Source: Octopus vulgaris (taxonomy: Eukaryota). Taken from it: a stretch of DNA of 64,000 nucleotides. The stretch lies in NCBI GenBank assembly GCA_951406725.2, contig OX597824.1, positions 25,172,001 through 25,236,000 of the forward strand, given 5' to 3'. The translations under genes were made by a program, and so were the position numbers. Shown here piece after piece: positions 25,746 to 38,635 of the stretch. Under the pieces are notes generated by a model, which saw only the letters and a program-made list of their open reading frames with translations, did not search any database and had not been told where the DNA came from. Each line of letters opens with the position of its first letter. Position 1 is the stretch's first letter.

Positions 25746-25819
25746 GCCACGTACATTTATACAACCTAATTTTAAACCCGACATACTGGCCAGGAAGCAA
25801 GGAAAGGAAACACAATTTC

Positions 25820-26880
25820 GGCAACATAATTTCACAATAAACTCGCACGCAGTCGCAGTAGTTCGTATCCTAAAGTGGACAGAAGAGGAGCTAAAGGAGA
25901 TGGACAGGAAGTCAAGAAAGCCTCTAACGTTGCATAGAGCCCATCATCTACGTGCAGTTACTGATCGCCTATACATGAAGAGAGCAAATGGAGGAAGGGG
26001 AGTGATAAGAGTGGAAGATTGCGTGCGTATTGAACTCGGGAACTTAAAGAAATACCTAGCCCAAAGTAAGGAAACCTTGCTAGTGACAGTTAGGAATGAG
26101 AGAGTATTGAGAGCAGAAAAAAAAATGAAAACAGAGGAAGAAGTACAGAAAGGACATGAAGAAGAATTACGTAAGAAGGAAATACACAATCAATTCTATG
26201 TAGCCACAACAGAAGTTGCTGGAAAAATAGGTGAGATTGGCTGATGAAAGGAACCCTAAAAAAAAAAAAGAGACCGAAAACACTATACTGGCAGTGCAAG
26301 ACCAAGCGTAGGTCACGAACTGGAGGGTCAACTTTAGGAATGAACAAGTGTTTCCGCTGTGTCACATCTGCAATAGAGTGGATGAAACCATTGCCCATAT
26401 TACGAACGAATGCCCTGCACTTGCCCCAAAACACTACAATTTGTAGCAAAACAACTAGGTAGCGAAAGTGCTACATTAAAAACTGTGCGAAAGGCAGAGG
26501 TTAGAAAGAGGCAAGGCGTTGTATGAGAACAAAGCACAGAGCGTGGCGGAGTCGGAGACTAGCAAAATCCTCTGGGATTTCCCAGTCCAAACAGATCAGG
26601 TGCTAGAGCATAACAGACCGGACCTAGTTGTGGTGGACAAGATGTACCACGTGTGCTATATAGTTGATGTTGGATGCCGCTTTGACCCACGAATAGTCAA
26701 AAAGCAAGATGAAAAGATAGCCAGATACAACCCTCTTAAGTAAGAAATAGCCCGGCTATGGAAAATGAAGATGAAGATAGTGCTAGTTATTGTTGGGTCC
26801 TTGGGGAACAGTATCAGAAGGCTTCAATAGGAATATAAGGGAAATTAGAACAGAGTGCCCAGTAGAACTTATAGAACGTG
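25820..26880 (+). mobile_element. Degenerate R4/NeSL-type LINE, C-terminal half
   Basis: WTEEELKEMDRKSRK..DRLYMKRANGGRG; KILWDFPVQTDQVLEHNRPDLVVVDK. Confidence 0.8.
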
Positions 26881-26989
26881 AAAGATTAGTTCCTGATGAT
26901 GATGTAAGTCGATAGTTCTAGGGTAAGAGATGGAGTAAGCAAGAACAACATAATACTCCATCTGAATGGGCTCTGCAGCCGAAAGCAAA

Positions 26990-27940
26990 CAACTTATCCT
27001 CAGCAAGAGGCTATCCACTTCACAGAAGAGTAAAAAGATAAGCCCAGGGCTTGATGTACTGGGATTTCGATGAATAAAAGATCAGTAGGTTCCATAAAGT
27101 GATCGCAGTGCAATTTAATGCATTGATCGATGGAGAAAAAATCTCGGGTTAGTTGACAAAAGGATGGATTGTGTTGTGCCTGGATGCATCAAATATAAAT
27201 GCTGCTGACAACCACAAGCCAATTTCCTTGCCTGCCATTAATGTGAAAGTTACTGTCAGGAGGAATTTGAGAAGAACTGTGCACATTTCTTGATGAGAAC
27301 AATATGTTACCAACGGAACAAAAAGGGTTGTAGAAGGAGTTGTAGAGGTACCAAAGACCAATCATTGATAGACAAAATGGTAATGCAAGATTGTAAAGGA
27401 AGGAGAACGAATTTGGGAATGGCCTGGATTGACGATAGCAAAGCTTATGACATGTTTCCACATTCATGGATTATGCTTGAATCTGTTTGGAACTGCGAGG
27501 AATGTAACATATTTTCTGAAGAGAAGTATGGTTGGGTGGAAAACTGAGTCGACAGCCTACGGAAAAAGCTTGGGTAGTCTGGGAATCAGAAGAGGAATTT
27601 TTTCAGGGAGATAGCTTATCTCTATTGCTTTTTGTTTTCTGCATGATTCCTCTGGCCCTGGTACTTAGGAAAATGAACCTTGGATATCAGCTAAATGGAA
27701 AATCTCAAACAATCAATCACTTCCTCTTCATGGACGATTTGAAGGTGTATAAAATGGATGAGGCAAAAGTCAGTTCCGTAGTAAACACAGTTCACTGTTT
27801 TAGCGCTGACATTAGAATGGAATTCAGATTCTAGAAGTGTACTATAAAGTACCTAGAAAGAAGCAAGGTACTATTCCTAGCAGGGACAGCATTACCTAAA
27901 AGAGAAATGATAAAACAAATTGAAATAGAAGGCTGAAAAT
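26990..27940 (+). mobile_element. Degenerate R4/NeSL-type LINE RT core
   Basis: [59 protein letters not shown] across frameshifts. Confidence 0.8.
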
Positions 27941-27951
27941 ACTACTACTAC

Positions 27952-28003
<52 letters not shown>

Positions 28004-28456
28004 TTTAGTAGTAGTAGTGTACAAGTTTAACTTACAGCTTCAAAACTATACCAAGTTCAATCGGCATCTATCTACCAGTACGGATGGTAAAGTCCAACAG
28101 AATAGTAGCTGATGATAGTATCTGTGATAGGTTTCGGGTGGTATTCATACCAGTATTTAGGCAGGGGAATGTAATAATGACGACAGATGTTCTAATGTAG
28201 TTACTGACTTATTCAGTCATGTCCAGTTTTGTATTCGTTTGTCGCGTGTTTCGAGCAGACAACCACAATGCTGTCGATGATTTCAGTACTGTAGGCTATT
28301 ATCACGTAATCTCCAGTTTGACTCAGCACATTGTGGTGAACATTTGCTTAACAGTTCATGAGTAGAGATTGATCCTGAGCTACCATTAACAGCACTTTCA
28401 GTTTCTGACTTAAGATATAAACTGCGCAAATAGAAGTAGTAGTAGTAGTAGTTGTG

Positions 28457-28592
<136 letters not shown>

Positions 28593-29020
28593 CGTACAAG
28601 TTTCATTTTTAGTTTCACAGTCACTGATTTTTACTGCTGTTTAGTATTAACAGTGGTGGTGATAGTGGTGGTGATGGTGGCAGTGGTGGTGTTGTTAGTG
28701 ACGGTTGTTGGGTTTACTTTTAAATAAACTTTTGACATAGCAACATTGTTTATTCCATTGTCTTGCTTCCAACCACGGAGACACATTTGGATCCGTTACA
28801 TTATTTGAGGCATTCCGACATCCAAATGCCAATATGACTGAGATCTTTCAAATCAGATATTAGAAATATCGTACTGAACATATCTGATTGATTTATATTT
28901 CTACTCCAGTTTTCAAAACCAACACACACTGCAACATCAACAGGACGACCACCAGCAAAACAAAAGCAACATAAACGGCAACCCAAAAAGTAAGTTAGAT
29001 ATTTTCCTGATAATTTAATA

Positions 29021-30245
29021 ATGGCCTACTCACGTGTTACAAAATGGGACCAGGTTTTTTCAGGACGCTATTCATGGATCTATGGAGCTTCCGCCACTCT
29101 GTGTTGATATTATGAATACAACACAATTTCAGAGATTACGTAATATAAAACAATTAAGTTTGGTTAATTACGTTTATCCATCGGCTTCACATAATAGATT
29201 TGAGCATTGTCTAGGAACGTGTTACCTAGCTGGAAAAATGGTTCGCCATCTTAAACAGCAAAATCCCGATCTGGAAATATCTGATCGAGATATGCTTTGT
29301 GTTGAAATTGCTGGTTTATGTCATGATTTAGGACATGCGCCTTTTTCTCATGTCTTTCAAGAAATTATCAACGAGTATCGCAAGGAAAATGGAGGTGAAG
29401 AGTGGGAACATGAAGATGCATCATGTGAAATGTTAGAGCATCTTTTTAAAGAGAACGAAGATATTAAAGTTGAGCGTAATGAAATTGATTTCATAAAAGA
29501 TCTCATTACTGGTAAATCAGAAAAATCTCAGAGACCAAAATTTCTTTACCAAATCATTAACAATAAATCCTATAACATCGACGTTGATAAATGGGATTAC
29601 CTAGCTAGAGATTCCCATTTTCTTGGTTTTGGAAAATCCTTTGATCACGAAAGAATGATGAAAATGTCCAAAGTAATAGGTGATCAAATATGCTACAGAG
29701 ACAAATGTCTTGATAATTTCTATGATATGTTTTATGCACGATATCGACAACATAAAACTGCTTGCAAACACAAAACTGCTCTTCTTTTTAATAAACTACT
29801 TGATAAAGTTTTCAACTCTGCCAATGAACAACTACAAATTTTCGAAAAGGTCGACGATATGAAGGAGTTTACTTATTTTACAGATAGTATTTTGGAGGAG
29901 ATATTAAAGAATGAGGATAATGAAAGTCTCAAAGAGGCCCGGAAGAAATTGAAGGATATAATCTATCGGTCTTATAAATACAAAGGCACAAATGAAGATG
30001 AAAATGACCAGGACGGAAAACATGAGAAAATATTCTGTAAAGCTGTTTTTGATTTTGGAGCTGGAAGCGAAAACCCATTAGAGAAGATACCATTTTATAG
30101 AAAAGATGAAACCGAATCATTCACGTATAGTCAAGAAGAATTAGACGAGAGGCTTTTGCTGCCAAGCAAATTTCAAATGGAAATCTGTCACTGTTTTGAA
30201 AAAAAGGTGAAAGTCCAAAAAGAAGGAAGCCTTAAGACCAATTAA
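29021..30245 (+). CDS. SAMHD1: SAMHD1-like HD-domain dNTPase with canonical HD...D motifs; +1 frameshift (T6 vs T5) at 29055-29060, so either a pseudogene or a sequencing error
   Basis: LCHDLGHAPFSH, WEHEDAS and IDVDKWDYLARD are canonical. The paralogue-equivalent ATG at 29021 (MAYSRVTKWDQVF) is out of frame with the long ORF by one extra T. Confidence 0.85.
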
Positions 30246-30555
30246 TGAAAACTAGGAAATAAAAAATCAAACAAAGACAAAAAAAAAAAGAACAATATGA
30301 AGAAACAAAGACAAAAAAAAAGAACAATATCAAGAAACAAATAAAAAAATAACGAATCAATAATAAAGCAGTGAAACATTGTAAGAATTGAAATGTAACT
30401 TCGTTAAAGTTAAAAATGATGAGAATGTTGAAACTACCGAAAGATTCAAAGGTTAACAATAGTAAAAACAATAATCCTAACATAAATTGAACGCTATTTT
30501 CTCAACTCGGAAATATTTGCATTTAATCTTGTAAAAGATTTCGTTTTAACATGTA

Positions 30556-30955
30556 CTAGCAGTAGAGCCCAGCGTTGCTCGGGTTTGTTTTCTTTTCGAC
30601 CCTTTAGAAGTGGAATTTTTGAAAAGTAAAAATTTTGCATTATGTAGCTTGTTATTCTCTTTAAGTGAACATTTTTCTGGTTGAAATACACCGAAAAATG
30701 GCAACACAGCAGTCAAAAAATCGTAAAAAAATATGGATTTTCATAGAAAAAAACCCACCTTTTTGATGTAAATAATTTTTGGTGTTAACATGGTCCGATT
30801 TGAATTTTTTCTTCTACGGAAGGAAGAGCAAGCCTTCTTCTATCATACTCTCAATTTTGGTCAACTTGCACCGCAGGGTCTCGGAGGAGATAGTGTTAGT
30901 TGAAGGCTGCCAAACCTGCCATATACAGACAATTTCAGTTTTATATATATATAGA
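30556..30955 (-). mobile_element. Non-autonomous Helitron (~400 bp)
   Basis: Minus strand begins TC and ends CTAG, preceded by the hairpin CCCGAGCAACGCTGGG. Inserted between host A and T with no TSD. Confidence 0.75.
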
Positions 30956-31264
30956 TTTTAATGCATTTTTCTACTTTTAAAACATATCATTTCATTGTGC
31001 CACTTTAGAAACACGAGAAGTAGAGAATGTTTGCTTTACACTTCCACACTCACTCACCTCCACATAGACACAGAGACACAAAAACACCAACTCTCACCCT
31101 CGCCCTCTCTCTCTCTCTATCTCACCCACTCATACACATACACACACACACACACTACTCATTCACATGTATACGTGTAATTGCATTTATTCAATCACAC
31201 ATACACACACAAACATATGTACACGCATATCTTTCTACGCAGTAGTTTAATACTGAAAGTGAAA

Positions 31265-31296
<32 letters not shown>

Positions 31297-31436
31297 ACTA
31301 CTACTACTACAACTACATTTTGTAACGGTTAGTCTTTTCGACTTTTTCAAGTAAGAGTAAAACAAATATATATAACAACGTATATATAAAAAAAATGAGA
31401 ATTTCAGTCGTTATCCTATATATATATATATATATA

Positions 31437-32555
31437 CAGTGATCCCTCGTTTATTGCGGTAGATTGGTTCCAATACCGGTCGCGATAACTGAATTTCCGC
31501 GAAGTAGGGACACCATATTTACAGTATTCATTTAACGTACATTTGAATTTTTGAAACCCTCCCTGTACTGTTAACAACACCCCCATTACAGTAGTGTATT
31601 AATAACAAGGACAACTGTTAAGCAATAACACTTTAGATTTAAAAAATAAAGATTTTTTACTGTACTCAACACGAAAGAAGTTGAAGTAAAATTTCAATGA
31701 TAATGGTGATGAATTTGCTGTGCAGTAGAAATGATGATGATGAAGCTGACGGCGGTGCCCTTTCCTGGGACACCCCTTCCAATTCTTCCGAAGGTACAAC
31801 CCTAGTAGTAGCAGCAGGAACTGGCTCTTGTTTGCGAGGCTACAAAAGCATTGTAATAGGAAGTTGCTGCCGCTGCTTCTTTTTCTGTTCAAAGAGCATC
31901 TTGTAGGGATTCATGACTTCGTCGACCTTGTTGCAAAATTGCACAGAACGAACCATATCGTTGTTCCCATTCCCGTGATCCCTCTTTCAATTCTTTAGCC
32001 AGGTTGCAGAGCTTGGCCAGCCGTTCCAAAGTCAAGCCACTTTGATCGACAACTTGCTGCGTTTCTTCTTCTTCTTCGCTGGCCGACTTCGTCAAGTCTT
32101 CGAGGTTTGCGTCGGTTAGCGGCTGAGAGTGGCAGTCTAATAATGCGCCGACGTCTCCCGTGGTCATGTCTGCAAATCCGTCACCTCCAATGATCGCAGC
32201 CAACTGCAAAGCTTTCTGTACTGCGGAGTGTTGGATTTCTGCAGGTGTAAATCTCTTGTCGTCGTAAATAACCTCGGAGCACAAATTTTTTCAGCTCGCG
32301 TTAATGGTGGGAGGCTTCATTTCTTGCAATGTTTTCTAGATATTTCGGAGGCACGTAGCAATTGTGTACTACCGCCAGTATACCTTCAAGTTAAAATTTT
32401 CGTCTTCTGGGGCGGCATCCACAGAAGCAACCGGGTTCGCCAGGACATATTTTAAAGGATTTAATGAAAAATTTTAGGTGTTCATATATACATATTCTAA
32501 AAACCCGCGAAGTCGTGAATCCGCGATAGTTGAACCGCGAAGTAGCGAGGGATCA

Positions 32556-32558
<3 letters not shown>
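31437..32558 (-). mobile_element. Internally deleted pogo/Tigger DNA transposon
   Basis: TIRs CAGTGATCCCTCG / CGAGGGATCACTG in TA flanks. Tigger-like transposase C-terminus (GGDGFADMTTGDVGALLDCHSQPLTDANLEDL). Confidence 0.85.
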
Positions 32559-32605
<47 letters not shown>

Positions 32606-32899
32606 TATATATATAAATAAATATATATAATTACATATGTAGTTTTTGTCAATTATATTCTTTTTATTTATTATTTTGTACTTTACTTAATTATTGGTAT
32701 ATGTTTTATTGTATATTTAATTTTTTTCTATATGGTATAATTTAATTATATCATCGTTATTTCATTGTTGAATTGATAATAGGTGGTTCTTCTCTAATTT
32801 ATATACATATATGATATATTGTGAAATTTGATTTAGTATTACTAACTTGAATTTTTCCTTGTAAGTTTGGAATAATATTCCCTAAATTATATATATATA

Positions 32900-33425
32900 T
32901 ATAAACCACTATGAGTCAAATCAAACAGTGAAAAACATATGCCAATACATAAAATTAATTTTAAAATATAAAAGTTAAAAATTAAAAAATTATTAAAATA
33001 ATTTAAACTTATAAATTTTAAATATATATATACAAATATATATATATATGTATATTTCTATATTTCTATATTATTTTGTTTATTAATTAATTAATTTATT
33101 ATTTATTTTTTTTTTTTTAATAAATATCAAAAGTATTAAAAGTTTAATAAAAGATAACTTTTAATACTTTTGATATTTATATAAAAAAAAAATAAATAAA
33201 AAAATAAATAATAAATAAATTCATTAATAAACAAAATAATATATAAATATAGAAATATACATACATCTATATATATATATATATATATTTGTATATATAT
33301 ATTTAAAATTTATAAGTTTAAATTATTTTAATAATTTTTTTATTTTTAACTTTTATATTTTTAGATTAATTTTATGTATTGGCATATGTTTTTCACTGTT
33401 TGATTTGCCTAATTGTGGTTTTATC
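32900..33425. repeat. AT-rich near-perfect palindrome (~250-bp arms)
   Basis: AACCAC..CAAATCAAACAGTGAAAAACATATGCCAATACATAAAA mirrored at 33370-33422. Centre at ~33150. Confidence 0.85.
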
Positions 33426-33643
33426 TCTAATTTAATATAATATACATATATATATATATATATATATAATAATAAATATTAGGGAATAAATCCAAATTTA
33501 CAGGAAAAAAATCAGATTTAGGATTAAATCCAATTTTATAGTAAAATATTATAAAATATTATTAGAGACAAAACCACTATTTTGTAAAACAAACAAGGAA
33601 AGACTTAATCAATACATAAAATTTTTAAATAGTCAAAAAACCG

Positions 33644-33686
33644 CCACTACAATCGTTTCTTGTCTTGATAGACAATCTTCAGGTGG
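33644..33686 (-). ncRNA. Type I hammerhead ribozyme (left arm of palindrome)
   Basis: Minus strand: CCAC-CUGAAGA-UUGUC uaucaa GACAA-GAAA-CGAUUG-UA-GUGG. Confidence 0.7.
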
Positions 33687-33706
33687 ACTTCCAATAATTC
33701 AGTTAT

Positions 33707-33749
33707 CCACCTGAAGATTGTCGATCAAGACAAGAAACGATTGTAGTGG
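33707..33749 (+). ncRNA. Type I hammerhead ribozyme (right arm of palindrome)
   Basis: CCAC-CUGAAGA-UUGUC gaucaa GACAA-GAAA-CGAUUG-UA-GUGG. Stems I and II pair; stem III is short and palindrome-like. Confidence 0.7.
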
Positions 33750-33836
33750 CGGTTTTTTTGACTATTTATTAAAATTTTATGTATTGATTAAGTCTTTCCT
33801 TGTTTGTTTTGCAAAATAGTGGTTTTGTCTCTAATA

Positions 33837-33878
<42 letters not shown>

Positions 33879-34034
33879 TATATATATAATTACATATGTA
33901 GTTTTTGCCAATTATATTCTTTTTATTTATTATTTTGTACTTTACTTAATTATTGGTATATATTTTATTGTATATTTAAGTTTTTTCTATATGGTATAAT
34001 TTAATTATATCATCGTTATTTCATTGTTGAATTG

Positions 34035-34090
<56 letters not shown>

Positions 34091-34564
34091 TGTATGTATG
34101 TATGTATGTATGTATGTTTATGTATATGCATTGTTACGATCAGGTAAATTCCTGGGTGTAAAAAGGAGTGAACGTCTGAGCGCAACAACAAAATTGTAAA
34201 ATCAGTGAATTAACGTTCAAGGATGAAATTATGTAACAAAAATGTATTTTATATAAGTCAATTAAAAGATATATTTGATAATTTAGCGATCCATTTGCAA
34301 ATAAATTAATATTCAAAGAATTTAATGTCCAGTATTTGATGGTACAAAGATATGTTGTAAACAGTCCGATCCGTATGCAGCTCATTTTAATGATTTTATC
34401 AAGTGGTCAGCATGAAAGAAAAAACCTTGTAGGTAACATTTTATACTAAATTTATAATTATACAAATCACTATGTTAAAGGGTGCGGATTGACCATCGCT
34501 ATTTCTAGCGTATTTGTGTGGTCAATTCGTACCCTTTAATATCGTTTAAATTTAGTATACATAC

Positions 34565-34700
<136 letters not shown>

Positions 34701-34724
34701 TGTATGTATGTATGTATGTATGTA

Positions 34725-36009
34725 TGGGGGTTGGACAAAATAATGGAAACACCATAACATTTCAAGCAAATTAATTTTAATATGGGGTAGGACCGCCTTT
34801 GGCAGTAATTACAGCTTGAACTCAATGAGGTATGGACTCGTACAAAGTTTGAATTGCTTCCAAAGGAATTTTTGTACATCCTTCAGCTAAAACAGTCTTC
34901 ACTTCATGTAGTGATGATTGTGGAGGATATGGACTTCTTACCTGTTATTCTAAAATGCACCATAAGTTTTTCAATAATATTGAAATCTGGAGACTGTTGT
35001 GCCCAGATAAGATGTTCAACTTCTCTATAATATTCCTCGTGCCATTCAGTAACAACTTTAATTGTGTGAAGTGGTACATTATCATCGTGAAAGATTGCGT
35101 TTCCCCCTGGAAACAGTTCCGCAAACATAGAATGAATTTGATCAGATAAAATGCTTAAATAGTCTTGACTATTAATTTTGCCATGAAGGGAATCCATTGG
35201 GCAGGCGGATTTCCAAGACGTAGCTCCCCCCCCCCCCCAGATTATCACAGATCATCCTCCATGTTTAACAGTTGGAAGAATACAATCTTGGTCAAATGCT
35301 TCTTTTTGCTGTCTTCACACATTTACTCGGCTGGTGGTCGGAAATATAGTAAAGAATGACTAGTCCGAGAAAATAACATTCTTCCACTGCTCTAGGGACC
35401 AATTCTGTAGGCTTTTACTACATTCTAAACACTTTGCAACGTTTGTTTTTGAAAGTTGTCGTTTTCTGTTTGCAGCACTCACGTGAAATCCAGTTTTGTG
35501 CAGCTCACGGCGAACAGATTTTGTGGAAACTGGGTTCTCAAGGTGCTCATTAAACTCTGCAGTAATTTTGGGAGCTGTACTTTTGTAATCCTTTCTAACA
35601 ATTCGTGTAAGAGGCCAACGGTCCCTATCTGAAAGTTTTGGCTTTCTTCCGGAGATTTGTTTCTATGAGGAGGTTTTTTTCCTCTTTCTCAAAGGCTGTC
35701 ATTACTTTTTAGACAGTACTTCTGGATACATCAAACATTTCGACTGTTTTCGTTACGCTAGCGCCTGTCATACGAGTACCAAGAATTTGACCTCCTTGAA
35801 ATTCCGATACATCTGTCATTTTAATGAATTTTAAGTAACTTTTTGCTGATGATATCTGAAAAGAAACAGCAATTTTAGCAAAACAGATTAAGCAACCCTA
35901 ATAATAAATCAAAAATCATAAAAATAAACAAGCTTTTGACGGTTTTATAGATATTTCAAAATTATGATGCTATGATTGTAGGTATTTCCATTATTTTGTC
36001 CAACACTTG
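34725..36009 (-). mobile_element. Degenerate Tc1-like DNA transposon
   Basis: TIRs GGGGTTGGACAAAATAATGGAAACACC. Transposase remnants IFHDDNVPLH and WAQQSPDFNIIE. Confidence 0.85.
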
Positions 36010-36389
36010 TATGTATGTATGTATGTATGTATGTATGTATATATATGCACACACACATATACATATATACATATATATATAGTTAATCCAAACATGAAAA
36101 CACAAAGAGAAAACACAACAACTACGTTAAGGGTACGCGTGTCTGTGCAGTGCTCAGCCACTTGCACATTAGTTTAACGAATCGGTTGTTCTGTTGATCG
36201 GACCAGAGTAAGCACACAAATGCGAAGCAACGTTGAAAAAATAGTACTCGAATAAATGCTTTATTAAAAAGCAGCAAAATTATCACAAAAACTGTTACTC
36301 AGAGTTTCACAGAGGGAGTGTTTGTCCAGGATAGGACTACACAGCCACAGCAGGAAATGTATCAGGATATGAAATGTAAAAGCCGGACT

Positions 36390-36690
36390 AGACTATTCTA
36401 TGCGCAACTCCATTGTCTTCCGAGAAAAAAAGGATGCCAACAACCATCCATACAAAATTTGAAAAAGATTGTTTTACTCGTATTGAGAAGAGCGTTGTCA
36501 CTGTGAGAACAATTCCAAGCCATGTATTTTTTTTTACTTCCCTTTCTCTTTCTTTATCCCTTTTCCACTTTTTCTTCCCTTTTTTACACAAACGTTGTAA
36601 ACGAACAGTCTGGCGTGTTTATTTTAATGCCCTATCAATGTATACAGTGAGTTTCTCTGCCCTAGGGCACTGGGCAAGTGATTAGAACAA
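36390..36690 (+). mobile_element. R4/Dong-like LINE 3' end followed by (TAA)(GAA)(GAT)(TAA) microsatellite (to ~36996)
   Basis: KIVLLVLRRALSL* and a TTCTCTGCCCTAGG 3' motif shared with 2680-2840. Confidence 0.55.
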
Positions 36691-36709
36691 AATTTTAAGA
36701 ACTGATTAC

Positions 36710-36741
<32 letters not shown>

Positions 36742-36791
36742 TAAGAAGAAGAAGAAGAAGAAAGAAAGAAGAAGAAGAAGACGAAGAAGAG

Positions 36792-36823
<32 letters not shown>

Positions 36824-36851
36824 AGAAGAAGAAGAAGAAGAAGAAGATGAA

Positions 36852-36929
<78 letters not shown>

Positions 36930-36942
36930 AATGATAATAATG

Positions 36943-36998
<56 letters not shown>

Positions 36999-38079
36999 CA
37001 AGAAGAACAACATCAAAAACAACAGCGTAATAAATTGACTTTGTATTAGTTTGCCACAGAGATAGAATATATAATTATTATTATGATTGTTGTAAAGTAA
37101 TTAATAAAATGATATACATAATTCATTATTATTGTTCTAGTTATTGTTTTATTAGGTTTTCTTTGATTAATGTGGTGAAAGAGTTTGCATGATGGACTCA
37201 TCTGAAAAGTTTGAGGAGACATTTTCTTCTCTGCCTTTCTCTCACTAATTTCTTCAAGTACGACTTGAATAGTCACGCGTGTGTAGAGTGGAGGTGTTGT
37301 TTTAAAAAAGTGTTTAACGATAGTTTTGTGAGAGTGGCGACTGGTTAAGTTGAATACACTCCACCGAATACCTAGAATCTGAGAGGATACTTCCGTTAAA
37401 TCGGAAATAACAACAAAAGATAAAGTATTTGAAAAATAACTAAATACGCGTTATTAATTCTTGTGTCAAATTTCATTTGACACAATTTCCGGGGAATTTT
37501 GGGGATTTTAGATAAAAACTGTAAGCAAGTTATTAGTACAAGGGCCTATCAAAGGACACCTCCTGGAAAAGACCGTAGACCACACACAGAACACATGCAA
37601 TCAGCTCCGTGTTTCACAACTATGAGGTTTACGTATCTTGTGGTCTGATGGATGTCGGCGGTAGAGTAGCAGTGCTTTTGGAAATAATTAGGTTTAGCGA
37701 TATAAACAATCTTCCTGGAGGAGTTAAGTCTGTGATTCTAAGTGTGAATTGAAGTAAGAGCAGTACATGTAGCATCATTTTAAATTGGTCGGCAACACAG
37801 ATCAAAAATCTGTGATCCACACGAATTAGATACAACACATAGACAGGGATCAAAATATTAAAAGTGGAACGCATCTTTCCCGGTGCCATGTGACTACAGA
37901 GACTGGATCAGCAAGTTAGTTAAGCAACATTTGAAAGGGGCAATAATTAGCAAAAGGTAGTCTGGAACTCTGGAGATGATTAAATACAATTTAATAACGT
38001 TTAGTAAAGAATTAGTGTTGGAGGGGAATGGATTTGCGTTAATTAACTGGAAGAGGCAATTAGAAAGGGCAACGCAACA

Positions 38080-38510
38080 AACATGCTAGAGGCCCAAATA
38101 TCTTTCGACATTACTTTTCGACACATAACAGGAAGGCTTCGTTGTTATATGCTAAAACAAAAACACGAAAACTGTTCGAAGGGCTCTGAAGGTGGATGCA
38201 CGACATGGAAAAAGAAGTCACAATTCAGGTTTGATGGATCAGGATGGGTGCGTGCTATCTGGTTCTCAGGATATGAATGCTGCGGTTTTGTAGCTCCACT
38301 GTTCAGGGTAAGGGATAGGTCATGGACTTTACTGCCAAACTTGACGGTCTGTCACAGCTCTCATTTGAAGGTCAATAACAGCGAGTGAGATGCCAGAAGT
38401 ATTGAGTGATTGCACAAGGAATAAACCGCCTGGGTTGGATGGTCTATCCTATGACCTTGAGGGTAGAATGTCAGATTTCTTTGCTAACCTCTTGGCAAAC
38501 GTATATCTTT
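38080..38510 (+). mobile_element. Degenerate L1/Tx1-type RT fragment
   Basis: TASEMPEVLSDCTRNKPPGLDGLSY resembles the K(S/A)PG.DG motif preceding LINE RT. Confidence 0.55.
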
Positions 38511-38635
38511 AATCATACCTGTATGTATATAGGTGTGTATATATGTATGTATGTATGTATGTATGCGTGTATGCATGTATGTATGTATGTATGCGTGTAT
38601 GCATGTATGTATAGATATATGTATATATATATAAT

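Noticed and set aside
26890-26925. Hammerhead-like CTGATGA-TGATGTAAGTC-GATAGTTC
   Set aside because: GAAA is replaced by GATA and the stems are weak; could be chance in a GAT-repeat context.
29034-29060. ORF-track start MLQNGTRF for the + strand SAMHD1-like gene
   Set aside because: GTG start in a eukaryote; the paralogue-matching ATG is at 29021 in another frame.
37280-38080. Possible gene or LINE ORF1 in moderately complex sequence
   Set aside because: No recognisable motif or sustained ORF; probably decayed TE but I cannot support a call.
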